Source: Octopus vulgaris (Eukaryota). From it: a DNA stretch of 64,000 bases. The notes under the pieces were generated by a model. That model was given only the letters and a program-made list of their open reading frames with translations, was not told the DNA's origin and ran no database searches. Shown here in pieces: positions 1 through 12,199 of this stretch. The number at the start of each line of letters is the position of its first letter. Position 1 is the first letter of the stretch. Made by a program: the position numbers and the translations under genes. The DNA is taken from positions 62,372,001 to 62,436,000 of the forward strand of contig OX597815.1 in assembly GCA_951406725.2 (NCBI GenBank), in the 5' to 3' direction.

Positions 1-28
1 AACACAGTCATTCCTGCGCCTATTCTTA

Positions 29-432
29 TTTCTTTACTGCCCACAAGGGGCTACACACGGAGAGGACAAACAAGGACAGACAAATGGATTAAGTCGATTA
101 TATCGACTCCAGTGCGTAACTGGTACTTATTTAATCGACCCCGAAAGAATGAAAGGCAAAGTCGACCTCGGTGGAATTTGAAATCAGAACATAGTGGCAG
201 ACGAAATACCTATTTCTTTACTACCCACAAGGGTCTAACACAGAGAGGACAAATAAGGACAGACAAACGGATTAAGTCGATTATATCGACCTCAGTGCGT
301 AACTGGTACTTATTTAATCGACGCCGAAAGGATGAAAGGCAAAGTCGACCTCGGCGGAATTTGAACTCAGAACGTAACGGCAGACGAAATACCGCTAAGC
401 ATTTCGCCCGGCGTGCTAACGTTTCTGCCAAC
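29..432 (-). mobile_element. SINE family A (tRNA-derived head, MetaSINE-like core), tandem dimer
   Basis: Minus strand reads GTTCTGAGTTCAAATTCCGCCGAGGTCGACTTTGCCTTTCATCCTTTCGG..GTCGATTAAATAAGTACCAG (B-box GTTCAAATT). There are two units, about 29-209 and 210-432. A 17-bp direct repeat TCCTGCGCCTATTCTTA at 12-28 and 433-449 is a likely TSD. The superfamily name is from recall. Confidence 0.85.
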
Positions 433-588
433 TCCTGCGCCTATTCTTACCACACAACCATTCCTGCACTTATATCTAGCACACAGCCACTCTTATAATT
501 TCATTTTTAAAGTTTTGCTGGTTATATTATTTTCTCTTTGTCTTTCTTTCCTTTTCTCTCTCTATCCTTTCTAACTTGTCATTCATGT

Positions 589-632
<44 letters not shown>

Positions 633-867
633 TTCTTACCACCAAACTTTTTCTTGCTTTCAACAAGCTTTCTTTCCTTCATTACTTTCTTGCTATCTGA
701 TGTTTTCCTTCTTTCGTCTTTCCTTTTTCTCTGTCCACCAATCCATTTTTTTGGCTATCCATACATGCATACACTTTTTCATACATACATACATACATAC
801 ATACATACATACATACATACATACATACATACATACATACATACATACATACATACATGCATGCATA

Positions 868-1108
868 CACATGCTTAAAGGAGAATCTGGATAAACTGGG
901 ATTTTATGAAAGAGAAATCGACCGGCAAATTCGTACATTACAGGTACAATCTGTGAGCGGAACTGTAAAAATATGCAAGACTTTTCTCAAGTTCCAAATG
1001 TGAATATGTCTGTGTTAACTACATCCCAAAGATTGAGCCTTGTATCTTTGTTGGAAACCGGCTCCCACCCCAGCTAAAGATTCATAATAATTAGAAAATA
1101 GAAGAGTC
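868..1108 (+). mobile_element. 3' end of an R4/Dong-like (REL endonuclease) non-LTR retrotransposon inside a (CATA)n array
   Basis: Translates as LKENLDKLGFYEREIDRQIRTLQVQSVSGTVKICKTFLKFQM*. This is homologous to the C-termini at 9780-9920 (-) and 12440-12540. (CATA)n lies on both sides. Confidence 0.7.
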
Positions 1109-1189
1109 ATACATACATACTGTACGTAGGTAATAAACACACACGCGCGCGCGCACGCGCACATACAGACATACGGACCCATAAACGTT

Positions 1190-2540
1190 CTTTTAATTAT
1201 TCTTTGATTCCTTTTGCTTATTTTATTATTATCATTCCATCTTTCATTCTGTTCAGTTTTGTTTCATTTCACCACATTTTGACATTGTTCTTTTCCCCTT
1301 TCTTCCCATTTTTTAATCTTCTCGTCTTTTCTTTCTTTCTTTTTCCTTTCTTTCTTTCTTTTTCCTTTCTTCCTTCCTTCCTTTCTTTCTTTCTTTCTTT
1401 CTTTCCTTCCGTCCTTCCTTATTTCCTTCTTTCTTTCTCTTTTCTTCCTTTTCACCTTCTAATTTTCCTTCTCTTTTTGTTTTCATAAATTTCTTGTTTT
1501 TATAAATTTTTGTTTTCATAAATTTTTACCTCCCTTTCCCTTCTTCCTCTTTTGAGCTTTTTTCATTATCTCCCTTCTTGAAATTTCCGTTTTGTTTCGT
1601 ACTTCATGCTTCTTCTCTTTTCTCCCCCTCTCTCTCTTCTACTATTCCTTCCTTTCTTCTAATCATTTAATTTTCCATTTTAAAAATTTCCTTTATTATT
1701 TAACCAAACATGGCGGCAAACTTGTAAATAATTAGCACGCCGGACAAAATGCTTCGCGGTGTTTCGTCGGTCCTTACGATCTGAGTTTCAAATTATGTCG
1801 AGGCCGACTTTGCCTATCATCCATTTGGTGTCAATAAAATAAGTACCAGCTGAACACTGAGGTCTTGCTCTCTCCTCAAAATTACTGGCTTTGTGCCCCA
1901 AAGTGGAAGGGATTATTTAACGGAACCAACTCTATAAAATTATTTCAACCTCTCCATTTTTTTCTATATTTTTACCATCCTTCTCTTTTTGTTGCTTTTC
2001 ACTTTTACATATTTTTTATTTCTTTTAACCTTTTTATTGTCTTTACCTATTTTCATTATTTCCTTTCTTTTAATCTTAATTCTTTTTCTTCTCGTAATGT
2101 CCGTCCTTTTTCTTTCTTCTCTTTATTCTTTTAATCTATTTAAAGAAATATTTCTTATTTTATTTTACCCTTCTTTTCTGTCTGCCTTTCATTCTCTTAA
2201 ATTTTCGTTCATCCATTCCTTGGCCAGGTCTTACTATCAATTATTCATTCTTTACCTATTCCAACATAACTTTTCTTTCCTGTTAAAATTCTTCCCCATT
2301 CTATTTTTATTTTTCACATTTTTCTTACCGTTTTACAATTCTTTCTTTCGAATTTCTTATCCACACATTGTATCCCCTTCTTTTCGTTTCTTTCTTATTT
2401 TCCTTGTTTTTTCTTACCTTCCTTTCTTTCTTTCTTTCTTCCTTTCTTTCTTTCTTTCCTTCTTTCCTTTTCTTCTGTCTTCCTTTCTTTCTTTCTTTCT
2501 TTCCTTCTTTCCTTCTTTTTATTTTGTTCTTCCTTCCTTC

Positions 2541-2603
<63 letters not shown>

Positions 2604-3410
2604 ACTTTCTTTCTTTCTTTCCTTCCTTTCTTTCTTTCTTTCTTCCTTTCTTTCTTTCTTTCCTTCTTTCCTTTTCTTCTGTCTTCCTTTCTTTCTTTCT
2701 TTCTTTCTTTCTCTCCTTCTTTCCTTCTTTTTATTTTGTTCTTCCTTCCTTCCTTCCTTCCTTCCTTTCTTTCTTTCTTTCTTTCTTTCTTCCTTCCTTC
2801 CTTCCTTCCTTTATTTCTTTCTTTCTTTCTTTACTTTATCGTTTTCATCTTTATATTTGTTTCATTTTATGTTTTCCTTTAATTTCTTTCCCGTCTTCCT
2901 TTCCTTTCCCCCTTCTCTATACCATATTTTAATTCTTTCATTCTTTTATATATTTTATTTATTTATTCTCTTCGTGTGTTTTGCTCACAATATTACTTCT
3001 TCGTTTTGCTTTCTTAATTTTTCTCATTTCTCGTCTTTTTACTATTTCTCTTCATTTTCCTTCCTTCCTTCCTTCCTTCCTACTGTTTTCTTTATTTTTA
3101 CTGTCCTATTTTTGTTTTTTATCATTTTTCGCTGTTATTTTCCTCTTTCTTTTTTCCTCTCTTTCTTACTTACCCATTTCAATTATTTCACCGTACTTCC
3201 CCTATATCCTCCCTCCCCACTCCCCGCAATAATTTTCTCCAATAATTAAAACACCGACATTACCCTTTCATCTTCTTTTGTTTTCCCACGGATATTTTTA
3301 CTCCGACTCCCCCTCCCGCACCTCCACCCATCTCCTATCACAGCTCATCTCTCTCCCCCATCTTCCTCTACCCTCCATCTTTTCTCCTACTACACCGCTT
3401 CCATCACCCC
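1190..3410. repeat. Long polypyrimidine / (TTTC)n low-complexity tract with an internal duplication of about 200 bp
   Basis: The plus strand is almost entirely T/C apart from the SINE at 1710-1920. The block at about 2418-2540 recurs at about 2622-2745. Confidence 0.9.
1710..1920 (+). mobile_element. SINE family A, old diverged copy
   Basis: CTGAGTTTCAAATT..GTCGAGGCCGACTTTGCCTATCATCCATTTGGTGTCAATAAAATAAGTACCAG matches the family core. Confidence 0.75.
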
Positions 3411-3419
3411 AATCATACA

Positions 3420-3620
3420 CATTAAACCAATGAGGCGGAAACAATATCCGATTTTCATTGGCTGATAATGCCCTGGTCCAGTCGGAATTTTTTATTTTTT
3501 ATTTATTTTCTTTCCTTTTTCCCCGTCTTCTCTTGAACACCTCGTTCACAGTGCCAACCGAAGTGTCAACCAATTATCTAAAGCTTACGTCATTAAAGTC
3601 AGTCTCGTGTTATTAAAGTC
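3420..3620. promoter_or_regulatory. Candidate promoter-like island
   Basis: Unique sequence between repeats with CCAAT (3427, 3570), ATTGG (3457), CRE-like TTACGTCA (3585) and Inr-like TCAGTC (3599). Motif-level evidence only. Confidence 0.3.
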
Positions 3621-3791
3621 TGGAATCGCCGCCGTCATCGCTGTCATCTCTGTCATCGCCATTATAGTCGTCGTCAACGTCAATGTCTTCAAGTTGTTTT
3701 TTTTGTTGCAGTTGTTGACTAAAATGAAAACTTAAAAGGGTACATACGTATATATATACGTATGTACACATTAAACAAACATGCAGGAAAC

Positions 3792-3850
<59 letters not shown>

Positions 3851-3852
<2 letters not shown>

Positions 3853-4554
3853 ATATAAATCTGAAATGCGAAAAGTTTGTTTGTCTGGTTTGGCCATTGG
3901 AAAGGGTTAAAGGGCACTAGATCCCGTCAGATTGACTCCAAAATTTGCAGGGACATGTAAAATAAGGTGAGGATGTGAGTGGGTTAGAAATCCCTATCTT
4001 AAAAGGTGTGGTTACCTGGGCAAAAAAACGTACACTTTGACAAGTCTGCTCCCATTATTTTATCTGCCTGTCTTCCTCCGTCCCTCTCTGTTTCCTCCCT
4101 TCCCATCACTTTCTCTCTATAACGTCACTTGACAGCGTCTACTATCTTTCCCCGCCGCGCCTCGCCAGCGCTGTCACTCCTCTCTCTCTCTCTCTCTACG
4201 TCTGTCTGCATTCATAGAGAGAATTATTATCGCCACCACCACCACACAATCATGAGAACAAATATTATGAACAAATATTATGAATCAGATATTTATTGGG
4301 CTAATTAATATATGTGTGTGTGTGTTCTATATATAAAAATGTATATATAATGTATATATACAAAGTGTATATATCTGTATTTTTATATATATAATTTGTA
4401 TACATTTATATATGTATATAATGCGGACACACACACACACATATATATATATAATGCGTATATATATATATATAATGTGTGCATTATGTGGTCGGTTGAG
4501 CTGAAAATATGCATACCTATGTTAAGAGTGCTGGCGAGTGTGCATGGCAACTAG
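3851..4554 (+). mobile_element. Non-autonomous Helitron-like element
   Basis: The 5' region TATATAAATCTGAAATG..GTTTGTTTGTCTG resembles small animal Helitrons. It ends CTAG followed by T at 4551-4555. The subterminal hairpin is weak. Confidence 0.45.
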
Positions 4555-4708
4555 TTTTTTCCTCAAATGAAAGGCGTGACCTCTAGGACAAAATTCCTCA
4601 TCTTATAAAATGTGGCCCGAGTAGACCCGAATGAAATTGGGTTATATTAACGAAAATGCGAAAAGGGGTCTAAATGGGTCTGGAAGGGGATTAAAATTTA
4701 CAGGAGCG

Positions 4709-4958
4709 GGTGTTTAGGAATTCTCTGTTACATCAAGCTAAAAAATTTGCGCCAGCCTTTAAATCTTCAATGTGTTGCTGTCCACCATGAAGAAGTTTTG
4801 AATTCTTGCCATGGTGAGTCTACTGTCGAGAGAAAGAATCACTTCAAAACTTGGTGTTTAGGAATTTTCTTTTACATCAAGTTCAAAATTTTACGCCAGC
4901 CATTAAACTGCCACTATGTTGCTGTCCGTCGTTAAGAAATGCCAGCCATGGTGACTTT
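4709..4958. repeat. Diverged tandem duplication, period about 145 bp
   Basis: GGTGTTTAGGAATT..TTACATCAAG..CGCCAGCC..TGTTGCTGTCC..GCCATGGTGA occurs at about 4709-4820 and again at 4853-4958. Confidence 0.8.
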
Positions 4959-5290
4959 ATTATCCTCGGATTCTATCCTTTCAAACTTTGGTTTCCCATA
5001 TTTTTTATTTTTATTCGGCTCGCAAGTTCGTCTGTCCCTTGCAAGCTGATTTAGTTTCTGCGAACACTGACTTGAAATATGTAATTGCAGTCAATAACTC
5101 GGGCTCCTTATCGGTCGCAGTTAATTTATTTTCGTTCAGCGTCTGGAGATCATCTTAGCGATGCCTTGTATCAAAAAATATCATTCACAGCAGACGTTCT
5201 CTCGACATCGTTCACACGCACCTGACTCGAGGTCAGAAGTTACAGCCCGGATTGCTATCTATAATCGTAAAAATGTAAATTCCAGTCTGT

Positions 5291-5358
5291 AACACACACA
5301 TCACTCGGTCTGAGATTCGAACCCGCTGCTCTAACCACTAGGCCATGTACATCCACTA
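5291..5358 (-). mobile_element. SINE family C head fragment with the anticodon arm deleted
   Basis: Minus strand reads CATGGCCTAGTGGTTAGAGCAGCGGGTTCGAATCTCAGACCGAGTGATGTGTGTGTT. This equals the head at 36274 ff. minus about 20 nt. Confidence 0.75.
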
Positions 5359-5489
5359 TATTCACTAATAACGATCATTAATTCTATATATGCACATTAG
5401 CGGATCGCTAAATCATGCAATAATTAGGATGACGAAAACATAAATACTAATGTGAAGCGGGTCCGGAAAGACCCGAACATCCGAACGGG

Positions 5490-5538
5490 CTTAACTGATG
5501 AGGCAACGGAAATTGCCGAAACTGACGTCAGTATTAAG
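5490..5538 (+). ncRNA. Type I hammerhead ribozyme (minimal, palindromic stem III), probably in a Penelope pseudo-LTR
   Basis: CTTAA-CTGATGA-GGCAA-cggaaa-TTGCC-GAAA-CTGACGTCAG-TA-TTAAG. Stem I is CTTAA/TTAAG, both core boxes are intact, stem II has 5 bp, stem III is palindromic and the cleavage triplet is GUA. Confidence 0.85.
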
Positions 5539-5588
5539 AATTCTCAATTAGCACTTTTCGAACAATTATTGTCCAATGTTAATGTATA

Positions 5589-7054
5589 CAGTGAATTACA
5601 AAAGAAACGCGAGAAGTGTGTGACTGTAAAATATGTTTTAATTTCACTATGTCAGAGATAAATTTCGATAAATCTGATAAAGTCAATTTCTTGTAGACAT
5701 TTTGACCACATTCTATGGGTCGTTGTCATGTGTTCTGGTAGTGGGCGGATCCAGCACATCGAGATTGTAGGATGTGACATGTTCTATACCATGTATGCCC
5801 TCCCCGGGTGTTGAAAGCGGCCATACACCGTCGGTACATGGAGTGCATGCAGCAGTACACATTTTCACCTGTGCCCTCCCCATGTGGAAAGCTGCCTCTA
5901 GTTCCACACGAGTTGTGGGCCTTGGAACCACCTGGTTCGACCGTCTCTGGTGTTCAATTGGGTTCAAATCCGACCTGAGAGCCGGCCACAGCATTGTCCT
6001 GATGTTGTGCTGACGCTGGAAGTCCATGGTGATCCTGGTCGTGTGGGAGGGAGTATTGTCCTGTTGTAACACGTGACTATGGTGACAGGCGATGGCCACG
6101 ATGTGAGATCTTAGGATCTGTTAATGTAGGGCTGCGCTGAGATGCCATTCCTTCTGCTTGCACCAACATTTTGGAACACATGGGGCCCAAATCTGTGAGT
6201 CAGGCCTATAGCACCCCAAACCATGATGCTTTGCCCACCCCACGCGTCTCTCTACATGACACATGCGTCTCTGTCGCGTTCACACCTCCTACGCCACACC
6301 CTCACTCTGCCATCCGAGGTGAAAACGACTCTCGTCAGACAAGACAGTCGACCTCCATTGTTGATGCCGCCAATGTCGGTGCTGTGTAGCCCACTGTTGT
6401 CGTGCCTGACAGTGGCGAGCGGGGAGGACAGGACTTCGAGCAGGATGACGGCAACGCAGGTTGTTAGCGGCTAGTCGACGTCATGCCGTGTCGTCGCTGT
6501 CCAGTGCCAATGGTTTCGCGAGCTGTCACGCTGGCCGGTCTGAAGCGATCACGGAAGTAATGCAAGTAGATGAAGAGGTCCTACCTGGGCGTGGTCACCC
6601 GGGGGCGCTCCCTGCAGCCACGGTCTGCAGTGTCGCTGTTCCAGGCGATAGATGGTGCTGACATGGACAATGTAAGCTTTCGCAACAATCAGGGCACGCT
6701 GCCGTTTGCAATCGGCCGTTAGATTTTTCTCTGCGTTGCTGACAATAGGGTCATACCTGATGCGTCCAAATTACAAATGCGAGGAACGCGGTTCAAGTTG
6801 ATTTTTATATCCAGAACCTTCACGAGATGTACGTGCATTTCAGTTTTCCTTACAATTTTGTGAATACCACCCACGGCATTCAACGCAGCTGCGTTTTGGT
6901 ATCTCTTTTCAGGGAAAGGGTACCTGCAATTTGGGTCTCAGCCATAAACCAGTATGTCTTGGAGTATTTACACTTACATCCCTGAAATAAATTTTTAGAA
7001 TTTACCATATAAAAATGACATTTGAAAAAATTGCGTTTCTTTTGCGGACCAGTG
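5589..7054 (-). mobile_element. Full-length but decayed Tc1-family DNA transposon (about 1.47 kb)
   Basis: Minus-strand transposase remnant LQQDNTPSHTTR..LWPALRSDLNPIEH. The imperfect TIRs are CAGTGAATTACAAAAGAAACGC and CACTGGTCCGCAAAAGAAACGC. TA flanks at 5587-5588 and 7055-7056. The ORF is broken. Confidence 0.88.
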
Positions 7055-7263
7055 TATGTCTTCATGCATGTGCGTTAGCTACAACATTTGAGCGGTTTAG
7101 CTCTTATTTCTAGCAATGTAGGTATTTCCTAACACCCTAGTCACATTTTGTGACAATTATGATTCTCCTTTTTGGTGAAACAAACAAACTGCTGTTTATA
7201 TCAATTGTGTGTGTGTGTGTGTGTGAGTTTGTATGCAGATATGTATGTATGTATATACGTATC

Positions 7264-7678
7264 TACTCTTTTACTCTTTTACTTGTTTCAGTTATATGAC
7301 TGTGGCCATGCTGGAGCACCGCCTTTAGTCGAGCAAATCGACCCAAGGACTTATTCTTTGTAAGCCTAGTACTTATTCTATCGGATCTCTTTTACCGAAC
7401 CATTAAGTTACGGGGACGTAAACACACCAACATCGGTTGTCAAGCGATGTTGGGGGGGACAAACACAGACACACAAACATATACACACACATACATACAT
7501 ACACATATATATATATACATATATACGACGGGCTTCTTTCAGTTTCCGTGTACCAAATCCACTCAAAAGGATTTGGTTTGCTCGAGGCTATAGTAGAAGA
7601 CACTTGCCCAAGGTGCCACGCAGTGCGACTGAACCTAGAACCATGTGGTTCGTAAGCAAGCTACTTACCACACAGCCT
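7264..7678 (-). mobile_element. SINE family B (tRNA head, CORE-like segment, internal microsatellite), near full length
   Basis: Minus strand reads GGCTGTGTGGTAAGTAGCTTGCTT..GGTTCAGTC..GCGTGGCACCTTGGGCAAGTGTCTTCTACTATAGCCTCG. It has an internal TA/TG tract and an (AAAGAGT)-type tail, and matches 48533-48920. Confidence 0.88.
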
Positions 7679-7683
7679 GTATA

Positions 7684-8040
7684 TTTGAAAGAAGAATTCA
7701 GGTAGGTTCAACAGTTTAGATTCATAATACCTCATATGCTCAGCCATAAAACAGCTGTATGTAAATTATTTAAACGATCTTAATCTGTAAGTTGGACGAT
7801 GTTTTCAATATATACCTTTTAAGATGCTAATATATTATTATACATCAGTATGATTTTTCTACCCATATATGTCTATTATACTTTTATATATTTATGTATC
7901 TGTAAATTTCTAATATCTTTTAATATTTTAATGAGTGATACATTAAACATATTTTAATAATTTGCATGCACCGGTTTTATGGCTGAGTATATGTTGTATT
8001 GTAATTCTAAATTGTTGAACCTACTTGAATTCTCCTTAAA
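7684..8040. mobile_element. MITE with TIRs of about 90 bp (TTAA/AGG end, Kolobok-like)
   Basis: GAAGAATTCAGGTAGGTTCAACAGTTTAGA..CTCAGCCATAAAAC is inverted at about 7955-8040 (GTTTTATGGCTGAG..TTGTTGAACCTACTTGAATTCTCCTTAA). The superfamily is tentative. Confidence 0.7.
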
Positions 8041-8099
8041 TTATATATAATATAATATAATATAATATAATATAATATAATATAACATAATATAATATA

Positions 8100-8172
<73 letters not shown>

Positions 8173-8231
8173 CGTCTCAGGTTGTCTATCTGAGCAATTC
8201 ACAGATCTGTCTATATAATAAACAAAAATAT

Positions 8232-8585
8232 ACTTTTCTACTCTAGGCACAAGGCCCGAAATTTTTGGGGAGGGGACCTGTCGATTAGATCGACTCCAGT
8301 ACACAACTGGTACTTAATTTATCAACCCTGAAATGATGAAAGGCAAAGTCGAATTCGGTGGAATTTGAACTCAGTACGTAAAGACAGACGAAATACTGCT
8401 AAGCGTTTTGCCCGGCGTGCTAACGTTTCTTATTTCTTTATTGCCCACAAGGGGCTAAACATAGAGGGGATAAACAAGGACAAACAAAGGGATTAAGTCG
8501 ATTACATCGACATCAGTGCGTAACTGGTACTTAATTTATCGACCCCGAAAGGATGAAAGGAGTGCTAAAGTTTCTGCCAGCTCAC
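8232..8585 (-). mobile_element. SINE family A composite (nested/dimeric)
   Basis: An older copy at 8232-8430 is joined to a second unit starting TTATTTCTTTATTGCCCACAAGGGG. Confidence 0.85.
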
Positions 8586-8622
8586 AATAATAAACCAGCT
8601 CATAATAAACAAAAATATAACA

Positions 8623-8653
<31 letters not shown>

Positions 8654-8772
8654 TGTATGTATGTATGTATGTATGCCCAGGTGCTCATATCTATAAGTAG
8701 ATGTGTATGTATAGACATACATATTCAGAACTGATTGGACAGTTACATATATGAGCTTGAATGTATGCATAC

Positions 8773-8829
<57 letters not shown>

Positions 8830-9315
8830 TGTATACATATGTATATATGTAATATGTAGGTATATACTAAACATGTGTGCTTGTATGTACATATGTATAT
8901 ATGTATGTATGTATAATATGCATGTATATATGTGTATATATATATATGTATGTATGGACATATGTATGATCTGGACTAGTACCACCTTTTAAGATCTAAG
9001 CTAAGGGTTTTGTAAATGCTGAACTACTGGTAGTAAAGGACCCCTAGTTTTCGTTAGAACTTACTTCTGAGATAAGTTGAACTCGTATAAAAAAACACTT
9101 TGAAATGCAGTTGGTTCCTTGTCGTCTCATCCTCCATTGTGCCACTGGTTTTATAGCTGATTGAGCTGTAACATGGATTCAGTGCTGTGTAACTCTTTGA
9201 CCACTCACAACAAACTCACGCAGAAAGAGTTTCTTGGTTTCTTGGAATGTTTGATAGATTTACTGAGTTTAGAAAGTAGTCTTAATCAGTCAAGAGTTGA
9301 CTTTTATCATGTATG

Positions 9316-9349
<34 letters not shown>

Positions 9350-9629
9350 TGTATGTATGTATGTATGTATGTATGTTGGGAGTGGGTGACCCCTACTGCT
9401 TGTTATTAATTTAAGAGAAGGAATATTCTGATGTAAAACCTGCGACTCTATAGCAGCCAATGATGTTGACTAGTTTATTTTTCTTTTAGGGGTTTCTGTC
9501 ATCATTGTTCAGAGAATGGGACTGATTGTGTGCAAGGTTTCTCTTTACTTTAAAAATCATGTGTAGGAAGTCCATGATATAATAGCATTGTCATCTTATA
9601 CACGTGAACGAGGTAGAGCCATCGTGTAA

Positions 9630-10440
9630 TCCATTATTCAGTTTTATTTCAAGAGTTCTTTCTAATAGAAAAGGAACCTGTTTCTAACCTAGATCCAAGG
9701 TTCCTTCATTGGAATTTCAACATGAACAGAGTACTTTTGCATGTGCAGATATGTATGTTTTTTTTTTATATGTATGTATTCTCATGATAAACTTCTGGAA
9801 AGTTTTACAGATATTTACAGTTCCAGTGATGGTTTGGATTTTTAGCCTTCGAATCAGCTTTTGCCTTTCTGGTTTTGAGAAGTTTAATTCCTCAAGATTG
9901 GTTTTAGGCAGTGTGTTACACATCCCAGTGCCCTAATAATTACAGGCATGAGCCTGAATTTGAAATTTGGGTAGAGTAACTGTAGATTTCTCAATAATAC
10001 TGCGTAGGTATTTTTCGCTGATCTTCAGCTTTATGTTAAACATTCGCTGGGCAGCTGATTTCCACTACTGTATTCAGTTTCTCTTCTCTGTCTCAAATCA
10101 CTATACCAAATTTATTATGCTTACATTTTATTGAGGTTTTCATTGGGACATTCCACCAGGCTCTTATTTCTTTGGTGTTATTCTCCAGACGGATTTCATT
10201 ATACAGACTCCTAGTTACAACATCGGGTCTCATCGGTAGATAATACGGCGATGATATTTTCGGACAACTGCTTATAATGTGGGTAATATCTTCAGTATTA
10301 ACTCTACAAAGTCTGCATCGGTTATCATACTTTGGTGTTTTTCCTGCATCTATGTCCATCTTATGCATCAAATATTTGGTTGATATTTCCTGTTCCGGAA
10401 ATTGCAAACGTGAGAGTTAGTAATCCAGTTGTTGGTCCAT
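9630..10440 (-). mobile_element. R4/Dong-like LINE 3' fragment (CCHC knuckle, REL endonuclease, 3' UTR)
   Basis: ORF 10093-10407 reads EQEISTKYL..CRLCRVNTEDITHIISSCPKISS..WWNVPMKTSIKCKHNKFGIVI. ORF 9717-9923 gives the C-terminus. (TATG)n arrays lie nearby on both sides. Confidence 0.8.
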
Positions 10441-10455
10441 GATAGAATACTTTGA

Positions 10456-10456
<1 letters not shown>

Positions 10457-10486
<30 letters not shown>

Positions 10487-10790
10487 TGTATGTATGTATG
10501 TATGTATGTATGTATGTATGTATGTATGTATGTTTGTTTGTTTGTTTGTTTGTATGTTTGTATGTATGTGTGTTTGTATGTATGTATGTTTGCACGTATT
10601 TATGTATGTATGCTTGTTTGTATGCATGTATGTATGTATATGTATGTATATATGTTTGTTTGTATGTATGTATGTTTGTATGTGTGTATGTATGTTTGTA
10701 TGTATGTATGCATGTATATATATGTATGTTTGTATGCATGTATGTTTGCATGTATGTATGCATGTATGTATGTATGTATGCCCGAATATC
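10457..10790. repeat. (TATG)n microsatellite with variants
   Basis: Read directly from the sequence. Confidence 0.95.
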
Positions 10791-10926
10791 CAAGGTAGGC
10801 AAAATGTATTTTTAAGCATAAATTTATATTTTTGTTTATAATTTTTTCAGACCCATCTCCACATCTGCATAAAGACGATGATAATGATGATGATGATGAC
10901 GACGACGACGATGATGATGATGCACA

Positions 10927-11350
10927 CGCCAGAAAAAGTCAAAGAAAATGAGAAAGCAACCGGGATGTGCCAATACACACAGGTAGAGAAATTAGGGCCA
11001 ATAGGCCGGATATAGTTGTCAGAAATCACCAAGAAAAAAATTGCTTTCTAATCGATGTATCAATACCAATATATGGCAATGTTTCTCTAAAAGAAATGGA
11101 GAAACTACCAAAATACAAAGATCTGGAAATAGGGGCAACACGAATGCGGAGTTTAAAAACAGAAGCAGTTCCTATCATAGTAGATGCATTACGTATGATA
11201 AAAACACATTCAGACAAATACACAACAAGAACACCAGGATTAACAAGCATATATAACATACATATAATGGCACTACTAGGCACCGCACACATCCTACGTA
11301 TAGTACTTTCAATACAGTGCATCACAACAAACCACAGCACATACCCAAGA
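10927..11350 (+). mobile_element. Dong/R4-like LINE 3' fragment (REL endonuclease) followed by (AAT)n
   Basis: ORF 10967-11356 reads PIHTGREIRANRPDIVVRNHQEKNCFLIDVSIP..KEMEKLPKYKDLEI..VPIIVDAL..ALLGTAHILR, the PD..D endonuclease signature. (GAT)n lies upstream and (AAT)n downstream. Confidence 0.88.
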
Positions 11351-11385
11351 CAATAATAATAATAATAATGATGATGATGATGATG

Positions 11386-11439
<54 letters not shown>

Positions 11440-12199
11440 GCCCTGGTGCAGTACCAGGCACTGGCTCTCACGGCTTCTGATCTTAACTGATTGGAAGTGT
11501 TATCATGTACATGTTTTGTCTTGGTATAAAAGACGGGCTATAGCAAATATCCTGCTCAATACCATAGATTTGTTTGTTAGTTGTTTGACCTCAACCAGTT
11601 GAGCATGTCTCGTAGTGGCTGACGATATGTGCATCTCTGATCATGAGCAGGAGAAGTGGTGGGGGGCATCATAGCGATGTGTTGAGAGAAATTCTTTGGG
11701 GTTTGTACAATTCACCTCTGGATGCATGGGTATTTTGTTCAACATCCTTAAACAATCGTCGTCGTCGTCGTCGTAGTAGTAGTAGTAGTAGCAGTTCTGA
11801 GGAAAGAAAAAGCAACACTTCATCTCCAAGGCCATCAGTAATCGACAGTGTATTACCCGTGCAACTAATTTTAACTACAACAAGTCTAGTTATGAAGAAA
11901 TTATAGAATTAATACTGTACTGAGGCTGTATTCTTTGCATCCAAGTTCATACTTTTTGCCATGTGTTTCTGCGATGTCTAGAATGAAGAATTTTCTGCTT
12001 CCTTATACAGTACATGAATTTTTAATCCGCAATATTTGTTAAATCCAATTCTAGTCATGTAGTCTGTTGTAGATCTAGATGAAAGCCAACGGCATCCCAT
12101 ATCATTTCGAAATAATGTACACAACCATAACGGCAAATCACGATTCGTTAATTCTGAAAATATTACCAATATAGAGCTGGTTGTGAATACATACATACG

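Noticed and set aside
1989-3249. ORFs of 297 and 293 aa rich in F/L/S that look like membrane proteins
   Set aside because: They are translations of (TTTC)n low-complexity DNA, which lacks stop codons by composition.
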